38,040 nucleotides of DNA from a virus. A program made the position numbers and the translations under genes. Where the stretch lies: the UHGV virus genome UHGV-0192593. One strand, written 5' to 3'. How positions within the stretch are numbered: the first letter of the stretch is position 1; every line of letters begins with the position of its first letter. The notes beneath the pieces were generated by a model. The model saw nothing but the letters and a program-made list of their open reading frames with translations, was not told the DNA's origin and searched no databases. Shown here piece by piece: positions 18,738 to 27,026 of this stretch.

Positions 18738-21700
18738 TGGATTTTTACTTTACAGATCGAAAATTTAATTTATTGGGAATCGCCTCTACCAGTTCTGATG
18801 CACCAATTTCAATTTTTAATGATCAAGATATTCTTAGTATAAGCGCTGCCTCTCGAACGTTTGAGGGGACGCTTATTTTTTCGGCTAAAGAACGAGATCA
18901 AGTCAAATCCATGGCCAACTATGGGAACTATATTTTGTATAAAGATGAAAATGGCCAATCAATTTTTATGACGATCATGGAAATTGAACACGATCCGAAA
19001 GAGGGCGAACATTTCATTCGAGCAGAAGATGCAGGAATGGATCTGATCAATGGATTGGTCGATGCATATAGTGCAACCAAAGCGATGACATTTGCAGAGT
19101 ATTTCAAACTGTTTGCCGGAGATACTGGTTTTGAAATTGGTATCAATGAAATCAGTAATCTCAGTCGCACGTTGAAATGGGAGAGTGAGAGTCAAACGAT
19201 TCTCGCTCGTTTACTCTCGTTAGCTACACAGTTTGATAATGCAGAACTGAGTTTTTCATTTGAAATTACAGGGACACAAGTTGTTAAGCGATTCGTGGAT
19301 GTTCATAAAAAAAGAGGAGCAGATAAACGAATTACCTTGTATATGGACAAAGATATCAATAATATTGTGACCAAAGCCAATATTTATGATCTATGTACAG
19401 CTATTGTGGCAACTGGTGGTACGCCAGAAGGAAAGAATGAACCAATTAACTTAAAAGGGTATAACTACAAAGATCCAAATGGAAGATTCGTGTTAAACAA
19501 GACAACTGGTGTCATGCAGGACATGGAGTCAGTGAAGATTTGGAGTCGATTACTATCAAACAATAATCCAAATCCAAATGCCGGACATATCCAACGTGTC
19601 AAAACCTACGAAACGACTGATCAAAAAACACTTTGTGATAACGTCATACGTGAACTAGAAAAAGCAAGTCAACCAGCGATCAATTATGAAACTGACATCG
19701 CAAATTTACCAGACAACGTAAAGATAGGCGATACGATTTATCTAGTAGACGAGAATGAAAAACTGTTCTTGAGCGCTCGAGTTCTTGAACTTACGAGATG
19801 CTATTCTACTAATGAATATAAAGCTACATTGGGAGACTACCTCATTCAAGATGGCGGAGTTAGTCAATCGCTTAAAGAGTTAGCTGATCAGTTAAAGCAA
19901 GCCACTACTTATGTTTGGATACGTTATGCAGATGATGAGGAAGGTAACGGAATCAGTGCTTTACCAGCCGGAAAAACCTATATTGCGATTAAGCAAGTGT
20001 TAGGTGTGCCAACAGCCAGTGATAATCCTGCAGATTATCGGGGACTCTGGGTAAAATTTGTGGGGGAAGGTGTTCCTGGTCCGCCGGGTGAGAATGGTCA
20101 GCCAACATACACATGGCTAAAGTATGCGGATGATTATCAAGGAACCAACATGACCGATGATCCAACCGGAAAATATTATATTGGACTAGCTACAAATAAG
20201 CTGACCGCAACTGAATCGAACGATCCAAAAGACTATAAGTGGCAACTTGTCAAAGGCGAAGATGGGCAAGATGCTCATATCTATCAAGCATACTCATGGA
20301 GTCCAGAAGGTACTGATCGCTTTGCGACAACCTATCCGAATGAAAATCTTTTCTCTGGTGATGTTGCGGTTCAAACATATTCAAGTGTTTCTTCAAATAA
20401 TGCATCGACGTATCCAATAACAAAAGAAATAAGAACAGAATCCAATTTTTATTTTTCTAGAATAAGGCGCTCAAATCCAACGCAAAATCCAAAAGTGTTT
20501 TCGATTTTTAATGGAATTAACTTGCCAGAAGATTTTGCTGCAAAATTAGCCGGAAAAAAAGTCACACTTAGTTTGTTAGCTAGAGGTACTTCGAATGTCA
20601 AAATGAATTTAATGGCTAGATGCGTTTCAGCCACAGGGACTTCTGCTTTGCCAGGAGATTACCAAGTTGTCAATATCGGTACTGGTTGGACTGTAGTAAG
20701 TCTAATAGTTAACAGCTTTCCTACTGATGTTCAAACCCTAAGATTTATTCCGTATTCAATTATCGATCCGATTCCAGATCTTTCTCAATTCTTTTTAGAT
20801 CTTTCTAGATGGAAAATTGAATTCGGAGATGGCACTATTTATACCCCGTCTCCGGAAGACGACTTTATCAATGCATATCCTTCCTATGTAGGAACTTACA
20901 CAACATTTGATGATGTCCAATCCACAAATCCTGCTGATTATACGTGGCAAAGAATTTTAGGTATGAACGGAGAAAATGGAAAAGATGGCATCGCAGGGAA
21001 AGATGGTGTTGGAGTTTCTGATACAAATATTACTTATGCTCAATCTACAAGTGGAACGTCAGCCCCAACTTCTGGATGGACAATTCAAGTTCCGGCATTA
21101 ATTAAGGGTCAGTATTTGTGGACTAAAACTACTTGGACTTACACGGATTCTTCAACAGAAACTGGTTATACTGTTTCATACAATGCAAAAGATGGTAACA
21201 ACGGAACTGACGGAATTGCGGGAAAAGATGGCGTAGGAATTTCAAGCACGAAAATTGAATATGTATCTTCAACTTCTGGAACTGTAAAACCAACTACCGG
21301 ATGGACTACATCAATACCTACTGTACCAGCAGGATCTTTTTTATGGACCAAAACCACTTGGACATATACAGATGGAACAAATGAATCAGGTTATTCTGCA
21401 GCAAAAATGGGTGAAAAAGGGGATCAAGGTATCCAGGGACCTAAAGGGTCTGATGGTCAAACTTATTACACTTGGTTGAAGTATGCAGATACGCCAACAA
21501 GTGGAATGTCTGACAGCCCAACAGGAAAGGCTTATATCGGATTGGCATACAACAAACCAACAGCCACCGAATCGACAAACTATGCCGACTACACTTGGTC
21601 ATTGATCAAAGGATCAGATGGAGCGCAGGGACCCAAAGGAGATAATGGACAAACACTTTATACGTGGATTAAGTATGCCACATCAGCTACTGGCGCAGGA

Positions 21701-22795
21701 ATGTCTGATAGTCCAACAGGTAAGACTTACATTGGATTAGCCTACAACAAAACAACTGCGACTGAAAGCACCAACGCTGCTGATTACTCCTGGTCTTTGA
21801 TTAAAGGAGATAAAGGTGATACAGGGCCAACTGGACCTCAAGGACCGCAGGGACCAACAGGACCGAAAGGTGATCGTGGCATTATGGGCGTTGCCTATAT
21901 GCAACCTACTCAGCCTAGCGATACCACAGAAGGAGCCACATGGTTTCAAACTGAATCGTCAACAAGTGATAAAATTATTGCGGTATACACATACAAGAGT
22001 GGTTGGCAAAAAAAGAAGTACGCTAGCGCAACATTATCAGTTGAATCTTTAGAGGCAATTAGTGCAAATCTAGGTGATATAACAGCGGGTTCAATTGCTG
22101 GTGTATCGATCAAAGGGTCGGGAATTTTTTCGGATTACGATAGAGCAAATGTTAGTGGTGCAACTGTTTGGACCAAAGGCACACTATCGATGTCTGACGG
22201 TAAATTTAGAAACGATTTCAAGGAATACACGAAGTCAAGCGGAGCCGTATCACGTAACGGATTTTCAGAGTTTATTCATGAGGCACTCACCATGGCAAGC
22301 TTTAATGGGACGCAAACTACTACAGCTGATAGATATTTGCAGATAACACCATTTAGGATAAACATGATAGATAGCCAGGGTCGAGGTGGGAACCTAACTT
22401 TTCAAGATTTATATAGTATAGGAAAAACAGGAATTCCTGCAGCAAGTGGTTGGTCCCAATATTCAACAAGTCCATCGAGCGGCAATTTTCCTAGCGCAAC
22501 CAGATTAGGACGTATGGTCCAAGTGAGTGGAGCCTTTAAAAATAATAGTACACTACCAAATACAAACAATACTTATGTTGTAGGTGTACTTCCGGTAGGA
22601 TTTAGACCTCAAGTGCAAGTAAAGTATTTAGGAAAAGGAGCCGGAACGACAATATTCATGGTCACTATTGATACGAATGGTGAAATATCAATTAGCTATC
22701 GATTAGGCTGGACGGGAAGTAGCTTTGGATATTTAACAAATAATGCAAATGATATTTTCAATATAGCTGGTGTATTTTCAGCGGCAGACGTGTAG
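18737..22795 (+). CDS. Tail-associated protein / receptor-binding protein (Tal, minor structural protein) with collagen-like repeats.
   Basis: 1352 aa gene after Dit. Gly-X-Y runs (GPTGPQGPQGPTGPKGDRG) and repeated YTWLKYAD...TATES modules. Confidence 0.75.
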   Translation: MDFYFTDRKFNLLGIASTSSDAPISIFNDQDILSISAASRTFEGTLIFSAKERDQVKSMANYGNYILYKDENGQSIFMTIMEIEHDPKEGEHFIRAEDAGMDLINGLVDAYSATKAMTFAEYFKLFAGDTGFEIGINEISNLSRTLKWESESQTILARLLSLATQFDNAELSFSFEITGTQVVKRFVDVHKKRGADKRITLYMDKDINNIVTKANIYDLCTAIVATGGTPEGKNEPINLKGYNYKDPNGRFVLNKTTGVMQDMESVKIWSRLLSNNNPNPNAGHIQRVKTYETTDQKTLCDNVIRELEKASQPAINYETDIANLPDNVKIGDTIYLVDENEKLFLSARVLELTRCYSTNEYKATLGDYLIQDGGVSQSLKELADQLKQATTYVWIRYADDEEGNGISALPAGKTYIAIKQVLGVPTASDNPADYRGLWVKFVGEGVPGPPGENGQPTYTWLKYADDYQGTNMTDDPTGKYYIGLATNKLTATESNDPKDYKWQLVKGEDGQDAHIYQAYSWSPEGTDRFATTYPNENLFSGDVAVQTYSSVSSNNASTYPITKEIRTESNFYFSRIRRSNPTQNPKVFSIFNGINLPEDFAAKLAGKKVTLSLLARGTSNVKMNLMARCVSATGTSALPGDYQVVNIGTGWTVVSLIVNSFPTDVQTLRFIPYSIIDPIPDLSQFFLDLSRWKIEFGDGTIYTPSPEDDFINAYPSYVGTYTTFDDVQSTNPADYTWQRILGMNGENGKDGIAGKDGVGVSDTNITYAQSTSGTSAPTSGWTIQVPALIKGQYLWTKTTWTYTDSSTETGYTVSYNAKDGNNGTDGIAGKDGVGISSTKIEYVSSTSGTVKPTTGWTTSIPTVPAGSFLWTKTTWTYTDGTNESGYSAAKMGEKGDQGIQGPKGSDGQTYYTWLKYADTPTSGMSDSPTGKAYIGLAYNKPTATESTNYADYTWSLIKGSDGAQGPKGDNGQTLYTWIKYATSATGAGMSDSPTGKTYIGLAYNKTTATESTNAADYSWSLIKGDKGDTGPTGPQGPQGPTGPKGDRGIMGVAYMQPTQPSDTTEGATWFQTESSTSDKIIAVYTYKSGWQKKKYASATLSVESLEAISANLGDITAGSIAGVSIKGSGIFSDYDRANVSGATVWTKGTLSMSDGKFRNDFKEYTKSSGAVSRNGFSEFIHEALTMASFNGTQTTTADRYLQITPFRINMIDSQGRGGNLTFQDLYSIGKTGIPAASGWSQYSTSPSSGNFPSATRLGRMVQVSGAFKNNSTLPNTNNTYVVGVLPVGFRPQVQVKYLGKGAGTTIFMVTIDTNGEISISYRLGWTGSSFGYLTNNANDIFNIAGVFSAADV
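19913..21880 (+). repeat. Tandemly duplicated coding modules inside Tal. Two families are interspersed with collagen-like Gly-X-Y runs: four copies of about 165-180 bp and two copies of about 225 bp.
   Basis: Four copies of Y[TV]W[IL][KR]YAD..SPTGK.YIGLAYNK.TATEST..DY.W.L[IV]KG. Two copies of GKDGVG.S.T.I.Y..STSGT..PT.GWT...P....LWTKTTWTYTD. Confidence 0.65.
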
Positions 22796-22804
22796 GAGGC
22801 AGAC

Positions 22805-23090
22805 GATGACAGCTAAAGAAAAATATAAAGAATTGTATATCAAGCATGTTATTAAAGAAAAGAGTTCAACCACAGAGGAAATGGATGAGCTCTTTTCTAT
22901 TGTTTTAGAAGAATTCGATGATGATTCAGAAAAAATGAGCGAATTTATTCAGTCTATTGTAGCTGAAAACACCGAGAGTCAACCGTCAGAGTTAGATTTA
23001 TTGAGACAAGAAAACGAAGAGTTAAAACAACGGCAGGAAATGGCAGAGGAAGCACTGCTGACTTTGTCAGATATGTTATTAAGTAGATAA
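22805..23090 (+). CDS. Hypothetical protein between Tal and the holin.
   Basis: AGGAGG RBS 6 nt before the ATG at 22805. The C-terminus is acidic and coiled-coil-like. Confidence 0.5.
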
Positions 23091-23101
23091 GGAGGATAAA
23101 A

Positions 23102-23242
23102 ATGAATTATTCAGCATTAGAAATGTTGTATGCGACTCACATCATTGAAGGCAAGCGTACAATTGAAAGTGTACCTTCAATTGTGCGTGAAGATGTTGCG
23201 GAAATTGTTACAAACGCAAAAAAGCAAGAAGAAGCAAATTAA
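23102..23242 (+). CDS. Small hypothetical protein of 46 aa. It is in the position where an XkdX-like gene occurs.
   Basis: Perfect RBS TAAGGAGGATAAAA followed by ATG. It falls below the length cutoff of the ORF track. Confidence 0.4.
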   Translation: MNYSALEMLYATHIIEGKRTIESVPSIVREDVAEIVTNAKKQEEAN

Positions 23243-23314
23243 TAAGTTTTGTTGCAATTGGAGCAATCGGCTTTCTAGCCGGTTGCTTTTTTAATAAAAG
23301 AAAAGGTGGTTAAT

Positions 23315-23758
23315 ATGGTGATTATTAATAATGGAATGTTATTGAACGAATTTCGTGGATTGTTAACAAATGGATATATTCAACTTTTTTTGTGGGTTGT
23401 AGTAGGTGATATTGTTACAGGTCTGTGTAAAGGGATTTTTGTGAAAGAGGCAAATAGCACAAAAGGGTTGTTAGGAATCGTTAAACACATGTTAGTTGTC
23501 TGCTTAGTAATTATTGCTTACCCATATTTAAAGATTATGAATCTTGAGACGTTTGCGACTGCATTCGTCTTTTTTTATATCGCAGTCTATGGGATTTCAA
23601 TTACTGAGAACTTAGGTCAATTAGGTGTACCGATTCCAAATTGGGTCAAAGAAAGACTATCAAAGTTACAGGATACAAATACTAATCCAAATGATAAGAG
23701 CACAAGTTCAGAGAAGGATTATGGCGATGGGCAGGAGTTCACAGAAAAGAAGGAGTAG
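23315..23758 (+). CDS. Holin.
   Basis: Three predicted transmembrane segments and a charged C-terminus. AAAGGTGG RBS. Lies immediately upstream of the endolysin. Confidence 0.65.
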   Translation: MVIINNGMLLNEFRGLLTNGYIQLFLWVVVGDIVTGLCKGIFVKEANSTKGLLGIVKHMLVVCLVIIAYPYLKIMNLETFATAFVFFYIAVYGISITENLGQLGVPIPNWVKERLSKLQDTNTNPNDKSTSSEKDYGDGQEFTEKKE

Positions 23759-23781
23759 CCCAAAAGGCTGCTCTTTTTTTA
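23753..23781 (+). terminator. Rho-independent terminator after the holin gene.
   Basis: GAGTAGCC-caaaa-GGCTGCTC stem followed by seven T. Confidence 0.55.
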
Positions 23782-23859
23782 GGCAAATTCGGTTAAATCT
23801 GAACAAATAATACAAAAAAGTGCTCATCTATTGAAAATGAACCTAATTAAAATATTTAA

Positions 23860-23893
23860 GCGAAATCCACATAAAAGTCTATATGAATTTCGC
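23860..23893 (-). terminator. Hairpin terminator for the minus-strand small gene.
   Basis: GCGAAAT...ATTTCGC 7-bp stem followed by a T-rich tract on the minus strand. Confidence 0.35.
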
Positions 23894-23901
23894 TCAAAAT
23901 A

Positions 23902-24114
23902 TTAAGAAATTTCCCAGCGATTCGGGTCTGAATTATTTACAGAGTATCCGTTTTTAATCAGTTCATTTAGCATTTCATCATTATCCATGATGAAAAATGA
24001 AGGATTTATACCAACGGAAGAACCTGGAACTTTTAAATGGGTTTTCAAATGTAGATCTAGAAAATCCCAATCATAATTAGGGTTCTCTTGAGGTTTCTTA
24101 GGAGTTAATCCCAT
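23902..24114 (-). CDS. Hypothetical 70-aa protein encoded antisense between the holin and endolysin genes.
   Basis: GGGGTGA RBS 6 nt before the ATG on the minus strand. Its own downstream hairpin terminator lies at 23860-23893. Confidence 0.4.
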   Translation of the reverse strand: MGLTPKKPQENPNYDWDFLDLHLKTHLKVPGSSVGINPSFFIMDNDEMLNELIKNGYSVNNSDPNRWEIS

Positions 24115-24206
24115 AAGTTTTCACCCCTTTATAAATTATTTCAGTGGACCACTCACTGATAAGTAAAGTATATCAAATAAATAATAACAATAGGAGAAAA
24201 TATCAC

Positions 24207-25010
24207 ATGAGTATTGAAAATATGATTTCATGGATGACAAGCAAGGAAGGGCGAATCACTTATTCTATGACAAATCGCTTAGGACCGAACAGTTATGATT
24301 GTTCCTCCGCAGTGTTCTTCTCGCTGATCGCAGGAGGTTACTTGCCAAAAGGGTCAATGGGTAACACCGAAACATTATTTGCCATGAATGGGACATTCTT
24401 TAAGAAAATTAGTCGTGCAGAAGTGAGGCGTGGTGATATCTTTATCGCTGGGACTCCTGGGGCTTCTCATGGATCAGAAGGGCATACCGGTATCTTTTTA
24501 AGCAACAAGAGTTTTATTCATTGCAGCTATTACTGGAACGGAATTCACACAGACAGCCACGATTCTTACATGAGTACGCGATTACCGCATCATTTCTATC
24601 GAATTGTAGCTAGTGGTAGTGCAGATGTGAATACTGACAACAGTGCTCAAATGATTAAATTGGCGATTGATGGTCAGTGGGGACCACTCGTTACTTTACG
24701 TTTGCAAGAGTATTACAACACTACTCGTGATAAAGTGATTAGTCATCAGTACAAGCAAAAGTATAATAAAAATATCTATTCCGCAGAATTTGATATCACA
24801 TTGATCGGTTCTGATGTTATTAGAGCTATTCAAATGGGGCTAAAAGCTAAAGGATATTATACTGGTTCAATTGATGGTCTATGTGGTGAAGCAACAATCA
24901 AAGCGATGCAAAAAGCATTAGGAACAACGGTTGATGGTGTTATCAGTCCGCAATCTGATATGGTTAAGGCTTTGCAACGAGCATTGAACAATAACAAGCT
25001 TCCATGGTAA
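24207..25010 (+). CDS. Endolysin. N-terminal CHAP/NlpC-P60-type cysteine peptidase or amidase domain, with C-terminal peptidoglycan-binding repeats.
   Basis: YDCSS (Cys) and GHTGIF (His) motifs. Two C-terminal DGxxG...A.Q repeats. TAGGAGA RBS at the ATG at 24207; the track start at 24144 has no RBS. Confidence 0.7.
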   Translation: MSIENMISWMTSKEGRITYSMTNRLGPNSYDCSSAVFFSLIAGGYLPKGSMGNTETLFAMNGTFFKKISRAEVRRGDIFIAGTPGASHGSEGHTGIFLSNKSFIHCSYYWNGIHTDSHDSYMSTRLPHHFYRIVASGSADVNTDNSAQMIKLAIDGQWGPLVTLRLQEYYNTTRDKVISHQYKQKYNKNIYSAEFDITLIGSDVIRAIQMGLKAKGYYTGSIDGLCGEATIKAMQKALGTTVDGVISPQSDMVKALQRALNNNKLPW

Positions 25011-25017
25011 ACAAATA

Positions 25018-25035
25018 GCCCGCTTCGGCGGGTCT
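25018..25035. terminator. GC-rich hairpin with a UUCG tetraloop after the endolysin gene.
   Basis: GCCCGC-ttcg-GCGGGT. The T-tract is weak on the plus strand and better on the minus strand. Confidence 0.4.
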
Positions 25036-25148
25036 GTACATAGCTCTTACTTATTTACTCCGTACTGGGAATTGTCCGATTGTGAAATTTAAAAATGATC
25101 ATAATTATTAATAAATCAATATTTAGCTAATAAAATTAGCTTATTCAA

Positions 25149-25178
25149 TTGACGCTTGTGAAGCTAAAATGCTATAGT
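25149..25178 (+). promoter_or_regulatory. Sigma-70-like promoter for the ADP-ribosyltransferase operon.
   Basis: TTGACG-N18-TATAGT with a TGn extended -10, about 75 nt upstream of the start at 25257. Confidence 0.45.
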
Positions 25179-25256
25179 TATGTTGTAAAGGCAGAGTGTG
25201 AGTTATATCACGCTAGTTTTTTTCGTACATTTTATTAAATTGGTGGAAATATATTG

Positions 25257-25835
25257 ATGATAGGATATCATGGAACAAGTCAGAAATGTGCCACAGTTAT
25301 TATCGAATCGCAAACATTTAATTTCGATACCTTTGTAATTGCTGGTAATTTCAGGATCGGGAATGATCAGAGAATGCCTAATGATTTTGGTAATGGCATA
25401 TATATGTTCATCGATAATGAATCTTACAGCGGGGCAAAGTGTGCACGCAAATATGCTAACATCTTCAAAGAAAGACCCTCATCGGTATTAGAAATAAATA
25501 TAAGAGATGGTATAAAAGTTCTGGATTTCCAAGATGAAACAACTAGGAAGATTTTTATAGAGTTAAGAGAAAAGATATTTGATCGAATATACTATAATTA
25601 CAAAATCTCTGTTAAAGAAAGTGGAAGTAAAAAAAGGGCAAATTTAGACGGTTTAATAATCGAGTATTTAATTCAAACCATTTATAAAAATCAAATAGAT
25701 GCAGTTATGGGAGAAAGCTTTACTCCCTTTTATAACGAAGAACGCAGTATTTCTAATTTTCCTAATGGAAAAGAAATATGTTTGAGAAACACTGATTCCA
25801 TATGTTGGGAATTATGTAAGGAGGTAGAACTATGA
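25257..25835 (+). CDS. PARP / diphtheria-toxin-like (H-Y-E class) ADP-ribosyltransferase-fold protein.
   Basis: N-terminal GYHGT (compare DT SYHGT, PARP1 WHGS, DarT YHFT). GNGIYMF...SY...KYAN (compare PARP1 GKGIYFAD...SKSANY). IIEYLI (compare DT SVEYI, PARP1 YNEYIVY). GGTGGAAA RBS. Very AT-rich. Confidence 0.55.
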   Translation: MIGYHGTSQKCATVIIESQTFNFDTFVIAGNFRIGNDQRMPNDFGNGIYMFIDNESYSGAKCARKYANIFKERPSSVLEINIRDGIKVLDFQDETTRKIFIELREKIFDRIYYNYKISVKESGSKKRANLDGLIIEYLIQTIYKNQIDAVMGESFTPFYNEERSISNFPNGKEICLRNTDSICWELCKEVEL

Positions 25836-26113
25836 CTTACAAAAAAGTAATTTTAGATGAGAGTATCCTAGATCTTGATAGTTGGTTACCTCAAGAAGCT
25901 ATCAATGCGTTAACAGAAATAGTTTATGACATTAAAATAGATAGCCGAGAATTTGATTTTGAAATTATCAAGTTATCTGAAACATCATTAGAAAAAAATA
26001 ATCCTGAAGATACAAAAGGCGATTATTTTATTAAAGTAAATAAACTGAGATATTCTGAGATTAAATCTATGTCAGAATTTGAATACGGTATATTGATGCA
26101 GGAGGCTGCTTGA
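25832..26113 (+). CDS. Hypothetical 93-aa acidic protein, translationally coupled to the ADP-ribosyltransferase.
   Basis: ATGA overlap with the upstream gene. No recognisable motif. Confidence 0.5.
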   Translation: MTYKKVILDESILDLDSWLPQEAINALTEIVYDIKIDSREFDFEIIKLSETSLEKNNPEDTKGDYFIKVNKLRYSEIKSMSEFEYGILMQEAA

Positions 26114-26562
26114 TGGCTGCAATAACTTTCAATGATTATATTATAGAAAAATCTATTTATAGTACAAATCCTAGTTTTGAACAACCACATGAAGAATACG
26201 GATTAGTAATAGAAGAAGATGTAAGTGCTGAAGTAGGTATAAAAAATGATAAAGGCTATGTTAAAATTAAACTTTTGTTAAATAAAAATGATGATGTGAA
26301 GTATATTAATAATACGCCTTTCTTTTTAGAAGTTGTAATAAGAGGAATATTCTCTCATGAATATGAAACAGAAGAAAAAGCGCATTTAAAAAGCCTCTTG
26401 GGTAGCAATGCATTAGCAATTCTGTATCCTTATCTTAGATCTTATGTATCATTTTTAACAGCAAACACAAATCAATTTCCTACCTATATTCTTCCAGTAG
26501 TAAATTTTGCGAAACTAATATCTGATGAAGAAAAAATACATTTTATTGGCTTTGATGATTAA
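26110..26562 (+). CDS. Hypothetical 150-aa protein, third gene of the ADP-ribosyltransferase operon.
   Basis: ATGA overlap with the upstream gene. No macrodomain-like motifs. Confidence 0.5.
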   Translation: MMAAITFNDYIIEKSIYSTNPSFEQPHEEYGLVIEEDVSAEVGIKNDKGYVKIKLLLNKNDDVKYINNTPFFLEVVIRGIFSHEYETEEKAHLKSLLGSNALAILYPYLRSYVSFLTANTNQFPTYILPVVNFAKLISDEEKIHFIGFDD

Positions 26563-26594
26563 AAAGACCCTAGCAAAAGCTAAGGTCTTTTTTC
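26562..26594. terminator. Bidirectional terminator between convergent operons.
   Basis: AAAAGACC-ctagcaaaagctaa-GGTCTTTTTT, with A or T runs on both sides. Confidence 0.5.
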
Positions 26595-26839
26595 ATTGCT
26601 TCAAATTCAATCATAATCTTCGTCTTACCAATCACCGAATATTTTTTCACAACAAACTGCTTACGATCGTTAAACTCACCAGCAACCACAATCTGCATCC
26701 CTTCGTCAACATCAGCAAGGAAATTCAAACTATGTGCTGCAATTAGACAATTTACATTATCCAGCGAGAACCGAACCAAAGGGGTCCTCGACATTTTCAG
26801 CACTCGTATCTTCGAAACTACACCTTTCAATGACTTCAT
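26570..26839 (-). CDS. Hypothetical protein (weakly OB-fold-like).
   Basis: GGAGG RBS 8 nt before the internal ATG (MKSLKG). The longer track ORF overlaps the upstream gene extensively. Confidence 0.35.
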   Translation of the reverse strand: MKSLKGVVSKIRVLKMSRTPLVRFSLDNVNCLIAAHSLNFLADVDEGMQIVVAGEFNDRKQFVVKKYSVIGKTKIMIEFEAMKKDLSFC

Positions 26840-27026
26840 GATGATCGCCTCCATATGGTTGTACATAGTAATTAAAATCAGTTTTCCCTAAAGTAAGTTT
26901 GACATAATGATCAACGCAACGAGTTCCAAAAACGCACTCTTGAGATTCAGAGATCGAATCCGGAAATTCTTCTAAAAACTCAGAGTGGGAGATGTATCCT
27001 TGTTCATACTGACTGATTACATTCAT
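26757..27026 (-). CDS. Hypothetical 89-aa protein coupled to the YolD-like gene.
   Basis: ATGA overlap with the YolD-like gene. It overlaps the next ORF by about 80 nt in another frame, so one of the two may be spurious or a frameshifted remnant. Confidence 0.3.
   Translation of the reverse strand: MNVISQYEQGYISHSEFLEEFPDSISESQECVFGTRCVDHYVKLTLGKTDFNYYVQPYGGDHHEVIERCSFEDTSAENVEDPFGSVLAG

Noticed and set aside
24144-24206. An upstream extension of the endolysin ORF to a start at 24144.
   Set aside because: There is no RBS at 24144, whereas a clear TAGGAGA RBS precedes the ATG at 24207. The extension would be an Asn-rich leader atypical for endolysins.
25257-26562. Annotating the ADP-ribosyltransferase operon as a DarT-DarG toxin-antitoxin pair.
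   Set aside because: Neither downstream protein (93 aa, 150 aa) shows macrodomain hallmarks or an appropriate size. Only the H-Y-E ADP-ribosyltransferase-fold assignment of gene 1 is supported.
26757-26866. Treating both overlapping minus-strand ORFs (26757..27026 and 26570..26866) as full-length independent genes.
   Set aside because: They overlap by about 110 nt in different frames. A strong RBS supports an internal start at 26839 for the downstream ORF. Alternatively the pair could be a frameshifted remnant. Both are kept only at low confidence.
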